This document shows positions 1 to 8,474 of a DNA stretch of 19,360 bases, one piece after another. The position numbers and the translations under genes were made by a program. The stretch comes from Gemmatimonadota bacterium (lineage in GTDB: Bacteria; Latescibacterota; UBA2968; UBA8231). Numbering within the stretch: position 1 is the first letter of the stretch; every line of letters starts with the position of its first letter. The stretch spans positions 1 to 19,360 of the forward strand of contig JAYPJE010000068.1 in NCBI GenBank assembly GCA_038128265.1, read 5' to 3'. The notes under the pieces were generated by a model. That model made no database searches, had not been told where the DNA came from, and saw only the letters and a program-made list of their open reading frames with translations.

Positions 1-388
1 TGCGCCGCTCTTTTAGCACCACGTCGGCAGCGCGCTCAATGAGATTTTCGGCGTGACCGTGCGCAATGCCCGACAGCGTCTTGATTGAACAGGGCACAAT
101 GACCATACCGTCCGTATCAAACGAACCGCTGGCAATGGCGCTGGACTGATCGGCCACGGCGTATTCATGCAGCTGACCAGCCATTATCTCTTCGCCGTAT
201 AGGCGCGCGAGAAACGCGCGCAGCGATTCGCTGCCCGGTCGAAAGCCCAGCTCTTCGCGCAGCAAATAGCGGCCGTACTTTGACAGCACCAGATGCACGC
301 CGTGCCCACCCATCAGCAGTGCCCGCAGCAGTCGGCCCGCATAAATCGCTCCGCTCGCCCCCGTTACGGCGACGACAATTTCTTTCAC
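1..388 (-). CDS. ubiX: UbiX-family flavin prenyltransferase (5' part; runs off the left edge)
   Basis: Not in the ORF track; translated by hand from GTG at 388: MKEIVVAVTGASGAIYAGRLL...IASGSFDTDGMVIVPCSIKTLSGIAHGHAENLIERAADVVLKERR, carrying the typical UbiX motifs. GGAGG RBS upstream; GTGA overlap with the mqnP stop. Confidence 0.93.
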   Translation of the reverse strand, partial: MKEIVVAVTGASGAIYAGRLLRALLMGGHGVHLVLSKYGRYLLREELGFRPGSESLRAFLARLYGEEIMAGQLHEYAVADQSSAIASGSFDTDGMVIVPCSIKTLSGIAHGHAENLIERAADVVLKERR

Positions 389-1290
389 GAAGTCCCCTCC
401 TCCCAGATCAGCAGCGCGCTGCCGTCGCCAAAGACCCACAGGTCGATAAGCGTGCTGACAAAATACACGACGCTGATAATGGCATTCAGATTCAGAAAGG
501 CCATATTGACGCGCGCCAGATCGTCTGGACGGACCAAGCGGTGCTCCCACACCAGCAGCAGCGCAATGGCCAACACGCCGGCCGCGTATACCCACCCCAT
601 GCCGACGTGCCAACCAAGCGCGACCATAAGCGCCACCGAGGCAACGTGCAGCAAACGCGCAATGCGCAGGGCACCAACCATACCAAAGCGCGCGGGAATT
701 GAGTGCAGCCCAACGCGCGCGTCGTGTTCGCGATCTTGGCATGCGTAGATGATATCGAATCCCGCTACCCAGGTCAGCACGGCGGCACACAGCAGCACGG
801 GCGGCAGGGCAAAAGCACCCGTGACGGCTATCCAGGCTCCGAGGGGCGCCCCGCCGAGGCTCAGTCCCAACACTAAATGCGAGGCCCAGGTGAAGCGCTT
901 GGTAAGCGAGTAGAAAAACAGCACGCACAGCACGAGCGGAGACAGATAGAGGCACAGTGGGTTAAGCTGCCACGCTGCCGCGACTAGGGCCAAACTCGAC
1001 AGGACGACAAAGAGGCCGACCGCTGCTGGTGACACCTGCCCGCTGGGCAATTCGCGCCCAGCCGTGCGCGGATTTTCGGCGTCAATATGGCGATCTACGA
1101 GGCGGTTAAACCCCATGGCCGCGCTGCGCGCACCGATCATGGCGACGACAATCCAAGCAAGCTGTTGCGCGCTGATACTGCTCTGCGCAGCGGCTAGCGC
1201 CGCCCCGCTCAGCGCAAAGGGCAGAGCAAAGATGCTGTGCGAAAATTTGATCATGCGCCCGTAGGTGTGTATCGCACTCAGCGCACTCAT
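385..1290 (-). CDS. mqnP: UbiA-family polyprenyltransferase of the futalosine pathway (MqnP-type)
   Basis: IKFSHSIFALPFA, ARSAAMGFNRLVDRHIDAENPRT and WVAGFDIIYACQD motifs; many hydrophobic segments; sits in the mqn cluster. Confidence 0.88.
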   Translation of the reverse strand: MSALSAIHTYGRMIKFSHSIFALPFALSGAALAAAQSSISAQQLAWIVVAMIGARSAAMGFNRLVDRHIDAENPRTAGRELPSGQVSPAAVGLFVVLSSLALVAAAWQLNPLCLYLSPLVLCVLFFYSLTKRFTWASHLVLGLSLGGAPLGAWIAVTGAFALPPVLLCAAVLTWVAGFDIIYACQDREHDARVGLHSIPARFGMVGALRIARLLHVASVALMVALGWHVGMGWVYAAGVLAIALLLVWEHRLVRPDDLARVNMAFLNLNAIISVVYFVSTLIDLWVFGDGSALLIWEEGTS

Positions 1291-2084
1291 AGGGCCTCCT
1301 GCGAAAAAAAATCCAATGCGGGCACCGAGTCGATCAGCCCGTGCACGTGCGCCTTGGCGTAGAACAGGCGCAGTCCCTCTACTTCGCGCTCGCCCATATC
1401 ATAGCGAATGTGCTCGCTGAGATAGCGCCTATAGAGCGCAGCATCGCCGCCGCTCGCAGCCGCGTACTCTGCGGCAATCGCCTCGACCTGTTCAACACCC
1501 GCACACATCGCTTCTCGCAGCGCAGCGATTCGCTGCGCGTCCAAGACGCCGCGGTGACCGGCCCAAAAGGCAAAGACAAAGGGCAGCCCGGTATGGGCCA
1601 GCCACTCTTCTGCCAGATCGAGGCTAGGCACGCCGCAGTCGAGTTGATCAAAAACGGGATCGCCAATCAGCAGCGCCGCATCGGCCGCGGCGAGCATAGC
1701 CGGTAGATCAGGTGCTGCATCGACCCATACCGGTTCAAAACCGTAGCGCTCGCGCAGCAGGATATTGAGCAGGGCAACCGACGTGCGCGAACTCGTATCG
1801 AGCGCCACCCGACGCACCTGATCCAACGGCGTTCGGTAGTAGAGACGCACGGTGAGCACTGGCCCAGCAGCGGCAATCGCCAATCCAGGCACGATCTGGT
1901 AGGGCTCCGCGCTCCGCGCATATTCAATAGAGGGAATCAGGCCGACGTCGACCCGCCGGTCCTGCAGATCGGCGGCGCAGCGCGATGGAACGGAGTGCGT
2001 CAGATCAAAGCGTGCATCGTGCTGCAGCGAGTGGACTAGGGGACGGGCATTGAGAAAGGAAACCACCCCCAGGCGCACGCTCAT
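1287..2084 (-). CDS. mqnA: Chorismate dehydratase MqnA
   Basis: N-terminal G.VSFLNARPL, DVGLIPSIEY, SSRTSVALL, DAALLIGD and W...TGLPFVFAFW motifs. Confidence 0.9.
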   Translation of the reverse strand: MSVRLGVVSFLNARPLVHSLQHDARFDLTHSVPSRCAADLQDRRVDVGLIPSIEYARSAEPYQIVPGLAIAAAGPVLTVRLYYRTPLDQVRRVALDTSSRTSVALLNILLRERYGFEPVWVDAAPDLPAMLAAADAALLIGDPVFDQLDCGVPSLDLAEEWLAHTGLPFVFAFWAGHRGVLDAQRIAALREAMCAGVEQVEAIAAEYAAASGGDAALYRRYLSEHIRYDMGEREVEGLRLFYAKAHVHGLIDSVPALDFFSQEAL

Positions 2085-3226
2085 GGCAGTGCGGCCTGGG
2101 CCGCCGGCAGCGGCGTGGGCGCGCCCACGCGGCGATAGCGCGTATCGCGGCGCTGCGGCGCGAAACCGGCCTCGCGGATCAGGCGCTCCATCACCGGCAG
2201 CGTCATCTGCTCGGCATGGCTTGTGCCGGCGGCGCTAACGACATTTTCCTCCAGCATGGTGCTGCCAAAATCGTCAATGCCGTAGCGCAGGCTTACCTGG
2301 GCAATCTTGGGACCCTGCGTCACCCACGAAGCCTGGAAATGGTCGAAATTGTCGAGAAAGAGGCGTGCGACCGCCACGGTGCGCAGATGGTCATAGCCCG
2401 TTGCCTTGACCCCGTTCCAGCGCGCGCCGTCGGCGGCTAGGTCGGTATGGTCGGGCTGGAAGTTCCAGGCGATAAAGGCCGTAAAACCGCCCGTGTCGTC
2501 CTGCAGGTCGCGCAGCAGCTGCAGGTGCTCGAGGCGATGCTCGATCGTTTCGACGTGACCGTACATCATCGTCGCCGTCGTGCGCATACCCAAACCGTGT
2601 GCAATCCGGTGCACATCGAGCCACTCGCTCGTGCGGTCCTTGCGAAAGCCAATGATATCGCGCACCTCGTCGGAGAGAATTTCTGCGCCCGCTCCCGGTA
2701 TGGAGTCCAGCCCGGCATCGCGCAGCCGGCGGATCGTCTCTTCGAGCGAGAGCTTGGACAGATGGGCGATGTAAATGATCTCTGTAGCCGACAGACAGTG
2801 CAGCTGCACCTGCGGATAGCGATCGCGGATGGCCGACAGCAGCGCTTCGTAATAGTCCAAGCGCAGCTTGGGGTTGAGTCCGCCCTGCATGAGGATCTCG
2901 CATGATTTGGGCTCGTCCCCGCCTACCGCAATCAGCTCGTCGATCTTGGCAAAGATCTGCTCGTTGGGCAAGACGTAGCCCTCGTCCGAGCCCGGCTTGC
3001 GATAAAAGGCGCAGAAGTCGCACTTAACCCAGCAGACGTTGGTATAGTTGATGTTGCGACCAACGTTGTAGGTGACGATCGGTTCGGGGTGCCGCTGCGT
3101 GCGCACCCAGTGGGCCAGCATACCCAGCTCGGCGACGTTTGGATGGGCGTAGAGGCGCTGCGCCTCGCTGCGGTCGATGCGCTCGCCCGCGTAGACCTTT
3201 TCGGCTATATCGTCAATCACCCTCAC
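2081..3226 (-). CDS. mqnC: Cyclic dehypoxanthinyl futalosine synthase (radical SAM) MqnC
   Basis: RNINYTNVCWVKCDFCAFYR (CxxxCxxC), LMQGG, TATMMYGH, QASWVTQG and DFGSTMLEENVVSAAG. Confidence 0.9.
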   Translation of the reverse strand: MRVIDDIAEKVYAGERIDRSEAQRLYAHPNVAELGMLAHWVRTQRHPEPIVTYNVGRNINYTNVCWVKCDFCAFYRKPGSDEGYVLPNEQIFAKIDELIAVGGDEPKSCEILMQGGLNPKLRLDYYEALLSAIRDRYPQVQLHCLSATEIIYIAHLSKLSLEETIRRLRDAGLDSIPGAGAEILSDEVRDIIGFRKDRTSEWLDVHRIAHGLGMRTTATMMYGHVETIEHRLEHLQLLRDLQDDTGGFTAFIAWNFQPDHTDLAADGARWNGVKATGYDHLRTVAVARLFLDNFDHFQASWVTQGPKIAQVSLRYGIDDFGSTMLEENVVSAAGTSHAEQMTLPVMERLIREAGFAPQRRDTRYRRVGAPTPLPAAQAALP

Positions 3227-4344
3227 CCCCCCGCAGCCACCAGGGCAGCATCATCGACGACGTTATAAAGCGTATCGCGTTCAACGGGTTTGCGTCCAGC
3301 CTCGACAATGCGATCGAGAAATTCGCGCTGCGTCAGGCGCTGCTGCGTTTCGTCGTAGCTGCGCCGCGTGATCTCGTAGTCCATGACGGTGCCGTCGATA
3401 TCGTCGGCTCCGTACCACAGCGCCGTCTGCGAAATCTCGATCGTATTCATGATCCAGAACGTCTTGACGTGCGGAAAGTTGTCCAGCATCAGCCGACCAA
3501 TGGCGATCTCTTTTAAATCGAGACAGCCCGTGGGACCGGGCAGGTCGGCCAATTCGGTGCGCTCGGGATGGAAGGATAGCGGAATGTAGGCGAGAAACCC
3601 GCCCGTCTCGTCCTGCACGTCGCGCAGCCGCGTCAGGTGGTAGACCTTCTCCTGCGTATTTTCAATGTGGCCGTAGAGCATCGTCGCATTGGAGGGCAGC
3701 CCGCTGCGATGCGCCGTCGCGGCGATGTGCAGCCAGTCTTCGGAATCGGCCTTGGTCCAAAATAGATCGCTCTGCACGCGGTCGCTAAACACTTCGGCGC
3801 CGCCGCCGGGCAGCGACTCGAGCCCGGCCGCCTTCATATCGGCAAAGACCTCTTCGAGCGAGCGGTTGGCGATGCGCTGAATCTGCGCAATTTCGATCAT
3901 CGTGAAAGCCTTCAAATGCGCTTCGGGACGCGCTTCTTTCATGGCCTTCAGCACATCTATATAGTACTGGTAGGGCAGCTTGGGATTGACGCCGCCAACC
4001 ATGTGAATTTCGGTAATCGGTATCTCGGCGTAGTCGCGCACGCGCTGCGCTACCTGCTCGGGCGCCAACACGTAGCCGCGCTCGTCTTTGGGCTTGACGT
4101 AGAAAGAGCAGAACTTGCACAGCTTGTTGCAGATGTTGGTGTAGTTGATGTGCTGATTGCGCACGTAATAGGTCGTGTCGCCGTTGAGGCGCTCGCGCAC
4201 CAGGTTGGCCATATAGCCCAGTACCGGCAGATCGTCACAGGCATACAGGCGCAGCCCATCGTCGCTATCTAAGCGCTGACCAGCGCGCACTTTTTCGCAA
4301 ATATCAGCAAGTCCGGCGCGCTCTATTAGGGCATCAAAAACCAC
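3223..4344 (-). CDS. mqnE: Aminofutalosine synthase (radical SAM) MqnE
   Basis: HINYTNICNKLCKFCSF (CxxxCxxC), EIHMVGG, LPGGGAEVF, SNATMLYGHIE, HVKTFWIM and GADDIDGTV; GGGAGA RBS before GTG. Confidence 0.88.
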   Translation of the reverse strand: MVFDALIERAGLADICEKVRAGQRLDSDDGLRLYACDDLPVLGYMANLVRERLNGDTTYYVRNQHINYTNICNKLCKFCSFYVKPKDERGYVLAPEQVAQRVRDYAEIPITEIHMVGGVNPKLPYQYYIDVLKAMKEARPEAHLKAFTMIEIAQIQRIANRSLEEVFADMKAAGLESLPGGGAEVFSDRVQSDLFWTKADSEDWLHIAATAHRSGLPSNATMLYGHIENTQEKVYHLTRLRDVQDETGGFLAYIPLSFHPERTELADLPGPTGCLDLKEIAIGRLMLDNFPHVKTFWIMNTIEISQTALWYGADDIDGTVMDYEITRRSYDETQQRLTQREFLDRIVEAGRKPVERDTLYNVVDDAALVAAGG

Positions 4345-4376
4345 GCATTTCTCCCTGCAAAAGGACGTTTCCTAAC

Positions 4377-4405
4377 ATAATACCAACGGCCCCTTCTTTC
4401 GTCAA
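4377..4405 (-). promoter_or_regulatory. Sigma70-type promoter for mqnE-mqnC-mqnA-mqnP-ubiX
   Basis: Minus strand reads TTGACG-N17-TATTAT with an extended -10 TG; the -35 overlaps the menG stop codon. Confidence 0.7.
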
Positions 4406-5121
4406 CTTGACGCCTTGCAGCCGCGATAGATGCTGCAAATACCCATCGTTAGCGGCGTGGCAGACGACTCGACAAAGCCGGCCTCATCGAGCAGGCGCAC
4501 AAAGGCCGCGCCCTGTGGAAAGGTGCCGACTGAGCGCGGCAAGTAGGCGTAGGCCTGGCGCTGGCCGGAAATCAGACCGCCGACCAGCGGCAGCACATTG
4601 TGAAAATAGAAAAGGTATAGCTGTTTGAAGAGCGGAACGGCCGGTTCGCAGAAATCGAGCACGAGGATCTGCCCGCCCGGGCGCAGCACGCGAAAGGCCT
4701 CGGCCAGACCGCTGGGGATATGGCCAAAGTTGCGCACGCCAAAAGCCCCCATAACCACGTCAAAGCTTTCGTCGCGAAACGGCAGACTCTCGGCATCACC
4801 TCCCAGCAGTGCGGTAGGGCCACCGCGCTCGCGCACCTTGCGCACACCCAGGCGCAGCATTTCTAACGCCACGTCAATGCCGACGACGCGCTGCGGCGAC
4901 AGGCGGTCGGCCGCCAGGGCAAAGTCGCCCGTGCCGGTGGCTAAGTCGAGAATCCGCGCTGGCTGCTCAAGATGGAGGGTGTCGAGCGCGCGGCGCCGCC
5001 AGTAGATGTCGATGCCGCCGCTCAGCAGGTGGTTGAGCACGTCGTAGCGCTGGGCAATGGCGTCAAACATCTCGCGATTGCGCCTCTTGTGCTCGGCGAT
5101 CTCTTCCTTATTCTTAAGCAT
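4402..5121 (-). CDS. menG: UbiE/MenG demethylmenaquinone C-methyltransferase
   Basis: MFDAIAQRYDVLNHLLSGGID..W, ILDLATGTGD, GDAESLPF, FGVRNF, RVLRPGG and AYAYLPRSV. Start moved to ATG 5121 (MLKNKEE) because the longer ORF overlaps the divergent kinase. Confidence 0.92.
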   Translation of the reverse strand: MLKNKEEIAEHKRRNREMFDAIAQRYDVLNHLLSGGIDIYWRRRALDTLHLEQPARILDLATGTGDFALAADRLSPQRVVGIDVALEMLRLGVRKVRERGGPTALLGGDAESLPFRDESFDVVMGAFGVRNFGHIPSGLAEAFRVLRPGGQILVLDFCEPAVPLFKQLYLFYFHNVLPLVGGLISGQRQAYAYLPRSVGTFPQGAAFVRLLDEAGFVESSATPLTMGICSIYRGCKASS

Positions 5122-5129
5122 GGCAAGAG

Positions 5130-5157
5130 AAGCTACTCCATCCCTACGACCTGTCAA
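5130..5157 (-). promoter_or_regulatory. Sigma70-type promoter for menG (little or no leader)
   Basis: Minus strand TTGACA-N16-TAGCTT, with 8 nt between the -10 hexamer and the ATG at 5121. Confidence 0.5.
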
Positions 5158-5162
5158 TAGAG

Positions 5163-6224
5163 TTGAGTAACAACCCATCCAGAGCCGATTATATCGTCGC
5201 CAACCTCAGCGAAGGGGTCGTCGTATTTGACGATGAAGGGCGCGTGCAAACGGCCAATCCCGCCCTCCTTCGCCTGCTCGACTGCAGTCTGCCGAACGAC
5301 GCCGCGCTAGCCGACCTATTTGCACCGGACACGCCACTACACGCCGTCGCGCAAACGGCACTGGCCGGCCAACCCGTAGTCGATGCCGACGTGCAGCACG
5401 ACGCATGCGATGGGCGCGTGCACTGGCTGCGGGTCAACGCCACCGCGCTCCTCGACGGGCAGTGTACCTCCGTCGGCACGATGATGACGCTGAGGGAAGT
5501 ATCCGATCTCAAACGCGCCGAACGCCATATGGGACAGGTCGAAAAAATGAGCGCACTGGGCCGACTGGCCGCCTCCGTCGCCCACGAGGTGGGCAATCCG
5601 CTCGGGGCCATCGACATTCAGCTACAGCTGCTGCAGGAAGACCTCGCCAAAACAAACGAGGCACTGGCCGACAAGGCCCACCGCCGACTCGACATCGCCC
5701 GCGCCGAGATGCGCAGACTAGAAGGCATCGTGCAAAACTTCCTGCGTTTCTCGCGGCCGCCCGCCCTGCATCTCAAGCAGCTCGACCCCAACGAACTAGT
5801 GCGCAATATATACCAGCTGGTCGCACCCGAAGCGCGCGAACGCTCCGTCCACTTACACCTCCAGTTAGACCAGGCTCTACCCGCGATTGAAGCCGATGAA
5901 AACCAGCTTAGTCAGTGTCTGCTCAACCTGCTAATCAACGCCTTCCAAGCGGTCGACGTCGACGGCCGCGTAACGCTGCGCTCGCGTGCCGAGGGGAGCG
6001 ATATCACCATCGAAATCGACGACGATGGGCACGGTATTCCCCCCGACGATCTGGAGCACATTTTCGAGTTTTATTATACTACCAAAGACGAGGGCACCGG
6101 GCTGGGACTTTCCATTGCCCAGCGCATCGTACACCAGCACGGCGGCACGCTGAGCGTCGACAGTCGCCCAGGCGAAGGCACGCTGCTGGCCATCCACCTA
6201 CCCGGTCTGACAACGCAACCGTAG
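5163..6224 (+). CDS. Soluble PAS-domain sensor histidine kinase (NtrB/AtoS/Hk2-like)
   Basis: PAS start (IVANLSEGVVVFDDEGRV...N), H-box AHEVGNPL, N-box NLLINAFQA, G1 DDGHGI, F IFEFYYTTK and G2 GTGLGL; no transmembrane segment. The TTG start is uncertain. Confidence 0.92.
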   Translation: MSNNPSRADYIVANLSEGVVVFDDEGRVQTANPALLRLLDCSLPNDAALADLFAPDTPLHAVAQTALAGQPVVDADVQHDACDGRVHWLRVNATALLDGQCTSVGTMMTLREVSDLKRAERHMGQVEKMSALGRLAASVAHEVGNPLGAIDIQLQLLQEDLAKTNEALADKAHRRLDIARAEMRRLEGIVQNFLRFSRPPALHLKQLDPNELVRNIYQLVAPEARERSVHLHLQLDQALPAIEADENQLSQCLLNLLINAFQAVDVDGRVTLRSRAEGSDITIEIDDDGHGIPPDDLEHIFEFYYTTKDEGTGLGLSIAQRIVHQHGGTLSVDSRPGEGTLLAIHLPGLTTQP

Positions 6225-6236
6225 AGCGCCCACTCC

Positions 6237-7601
6237 ATGTCCAAACAGCGCGTCAATATACTCATCGCCGACGACGAAGTCTTTATCCGCGAAGGACTGA
6301 AAGAGGCACTGGAAACCGTCGCCGACCGCGTTGAAACCGTCGCCGACGGCCAGCAGGCTCGCGAAAAGCTGCGCACCGAGCGCTACCATCTGGCCATTCT
6401 CGACCTGCGCATGCCGGGCCCCTCGGGCCTCGACCTGCTGGAAGAATTGCGCGGGCGCGAATCGGATACGCAGGTCGTCATTCTGACCGCACACGGCAAC
6501 GTCAGCACCGCCGTAGAGGCGATGAAAAAGGGCGCCCACGACTTTCTCACCAAACCCGTCGACCTAGCCCACCTGCGCCTGGTCGCCGAACGCGCACTTG
6601 ACCGGCTCCACCTCGTAACGGAAAACCGCAAGCTGCACAGCCGCTTGGAAAGTGGCGATCCCTTTCGCCGCCTCGTGCGCCACAGCGAGAGCATGCAGGT
6701 AGCTTCTAAGCTGATTAAGCAGGTGGCGCAGTCCGACGTGCCCGTCTTGCTGCGCGGCGAGACGGGCGTCGGCAAAGATCTGGTGGCGCGCGCTATTCAC
6801 GAGCGCAGCAAGCGCAGCGACAAGCCCTTTGTCGCCGTCAACTGCGGCGGGTTTACCGAGGAGCTCTTTGCCAGCGAAATATTCGGCCACAAACGCGGCG
6901 CTTTCACCGGTGCCCACGCCGACAAGCCCGGCCGCTTTGCGCTGGCCGAAGGCGGCACGCTCTTTCTCGACGAGATCGGCGAGGTTCCCATTAAAAACCA
7001 AGTTGAGCTGCTGCGCGTCCTCGAATCGCGCGAATACCAGCCGCTGGGCGAACCGCAGGTGCGCCGAGCCAACGTGCGCATTATCGCCGCCACCAATCGC
7101 GACCTCGAACGCAGCGTCGGCGACGGCTCGTTCCGCGAAGATCTATACTATCGGCTCAATGTGGTACCCATCGACATCCCGCCGCTGCGCCAGCGCCAAG
7201 AAGATATTCCCGTGCTAGTAGAAACATTTTTAGACGAGGCCTGTCGCGCCCAGGAGCGCCCGCAAAAGCGCCTCAGCAGCGAGGCCATGGGCTGCCTTCT
7301 AGCGCATACCTGGCCCGGCAACGTGCGCGAATTGCGCAATATCGTACAGCGCCTCGTCGTTACCGCCCCCGATCTAGTAATCCACCCGCAACACCTGCCC
7401 GCCGAACTAGCCGAAGTCGCCGAGGTTGCGCCAAGCCATTTCAGCGTACGTCTGGGGTCTAGCGCAGCCGAGGTCGAAGCCGAACTCATCCGCCAAACGC
7501 TGCAGCGCGTAACCTCCAATCGACGCAAGGCGGCCGATATTCTCGGCATGAGCGTGCGCTCGCTGCAGTACAAAATCAAAGAGTACGGCATCACCCTATA
7601 G
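6237..7601 (+). CDS. Sigma54-dependent response regulator (REC-AAA+-Fis HTH; NtrC/AtoC family)
   Basis: ADDE...DLRMP...TAHG...KP receiver; GETGVGKD Walker A; GAFTGA; LFLDEIGE; FREDLYYRLNV; WPGNVRELRN; C-terminal NRRKAADILGMSVRSLQYKIKEY HTH. Confidence 0.95.
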   Translation: MSKQRVNILIADDEVFIREGLKEALETVADRVETVADGQQAREKLRTERYHLAILDLRMPGPSGLDLLEELRGRESDTQVVILTAHGNVSTAVEAMKKGAHDFLTKPVDLAHLRLVAERALDRLHLVTENRKLHSRLESGDPFRRLVRHSESMQVASKLIKQVAQSDVPVLLRGETGVGKDLVARAIHERSKRSDKPFVAVNCGGFTEELFASEIFGHKRGAFTGAHADKPGRFALAEGGTLFLDEIGEVPIKNQVELLRVLESREYQPLGEPQVRRANVRIIAATNRDLERSVGDGSFREDLYYRLNVVPIDIPPLRQRQEDIPVLVETFLDEACRAQERPQKRLSSEAMGCLLAHTWPGNVRELRNIVQRLVVTAPDLVIHPQHLPAELAEVAEVAPSHFSVRLGSSAAEVEAELIRQTLQRVTSNRRKAADILGMSVRSLQYKIKEYGITL

Positions 7602-7616
7602 GTGCATTTTTTGCAC
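7602..7616. promoter_or_regulatory. Palindromic putative enhancer, copy 1 (GTGCATTTTTTGCAC)
   Basis: GTGCA-N5-TGCAC directly after the regulator stop, centred about 130 bp upstream of the predicted sigma54 start; recurs at 7878 and 7964. Confidence 0.65.
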
Positions 7617-7682
7617 TTCTCCCTACGGTAATGTCCTGCGCTCTATATAGCACCCCGCTATAAAACAGCCTAAACTTCTATT

Positions 7683-7695
7683 TAACAAAACTTTA
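7683..7695 (+). promoter_or_regulatory. IHF-like bending site
   Basis: TAACAAAACTTTA matches WATCAANNNNTTR with 1 mismatch; lies in an A-tract between the enhancer and the -24/-12 element. Confidence 0.45.
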
Positions 7696-7712
7696 AAACA
7701 AAAAGATTTGTT

Positions 7713-7729
7713 CTGGCATCGCTTTTGCC
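7713..7729 (+). promoter_or_regulatory. Sigma54 (-24/-12) promoter upstream of the EIIA and sigma factor genes
   Basis: CTGGCATCGCTTTTGCC: GG(7715-16)-N10-GC(7727-28) with both TGGCA and TTGC elements. Confidence 0.82.
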
Positions 7730-7877
7730 CATGCTTCTATGAGCGCCGAGATCCGCCAGTTTCATGGCAAGCATATATATCGGCGTAACACCTTGTTTTA
7801 CAATGACTCCTGTAGTATGTGACGCGCCTTGCCGACACCCTTTGCGCACGGAATATCAGCGGATGGGTAGTTGCCAA

Positions 7878-7892
7878 GTGCAATTTATGCAC
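7878..7892. promoter_or_regulatory. Palindromic site, copy 2 (GTGCAATTTATGCAC)
   Basis: Same arms and A/T-only 5-bp spacer as the 7602 site. Confidence 0.6.
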
Positions 7893-7929
7893 GTTGACAC
7901 ACACGCGTAACAGATCAAAAGGGCCTGTT

Positions 7930-8439
7930 TTGACGGCGACTCATCTCGCGACCTTGCGAACAAATGCAAAAATTGCATCATCTTTTGCCATCGCCGATAT
8001 CGTTGATCCGGCCCTGCTCTTGCCCGAGCTTGCGGCGACTAGCAAGATCGGAGCCATTAAAGAGCTTGTCGATCGGATGCACGCGCGCGGGATCGTTGAA
8101 GATAGCCTGAGCTTTTTACAGTCCGTGCTCGAGCGCGAGCAGTTGCAGAGCACCATTCTCGGCGGACAAGTCGCCCTGCCGCACGCGCGCAGTCGCGGCG
8201 TGCGCTCGCTGGGATTGGCCCTGGGTCTCACTGCAGCGCCAATCGACTTCCCTTCGGGAGACGAACGGCAAAGCGTGCGCCTGATTTGTCTGATTGCCGT
8301 GCCGGCCCACGCGCCGGATTCGTACCTACACTTGCTGGGATCGCTGGCGCGCATCCTCAGCCAGAGCCCGCGCAGAGACGCATTGCTGTGCGCGCAGTCG
8401 GCCGAACAGATGCAAGAGCTGTTGTTGGAAACTGTCTGA
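7930..8439 (+). CDS. Stand-alone PTS EIIA domain protein (PtsN/fructose-mannitol EIIA type)
   Basis: SKIGAIKELV, LEREQLQST, VALPHAR (phospho-His), IDF and YLHLLGSLARIL. Start uncertain: TTG 7930 with AAAGGG upstream, or GTG 7819. Confidence 0.85.
   Translation: MTATHLATLRTNAKIASSFAIADIVDPALLLPELAATSKIGAIKELVDRMHARGIVEDSLSFLQSVLEREQLQSTILGGQVALPHARSRGVRSLGLALGLTAAPIDFPSGDERQSVRLICLIAVPAHAPDSYLHLLGSLARILSQSPRRDALLCAQSAEQMQELLLETV
7964..7978. promoter_or_regulatory. Palindromic site, copy 3 (ATGCAAAAATTGCAT)
   Basis: RTGCA-W5-TGCAY with a symmetric change of the outer base pair; lies within the 5' end of the EIIA ORF. Confidence 0.5.
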
Positions 8440-8474
8440 ATAGAGCGTACTTCACCCTACACGAAGGATACACC

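Noticed and set aside
300..320. Suspected frameshift in ubiX, which is missing from the ORF track
   Set aside because: Manual translation is continuous (LLMGGHGVHLVLS); the ORF is missing most likely because it lacks a stop within the window.
280..748. Plus-strand ORFs 280-702 and 293-748, and the many other antisense or alternate-frame ORFs in the track
   Set aside because: Shadow ORFs of well-supported genes in GC-rich DNA, with no recognisable motifs.
8286..8474. 63-aa N-terminal extension of the sigma factor ORF
   Set aside because: It overlaps the EIIA gene, does not resemble region 1.1, and ATG 8475 has a good RBS.
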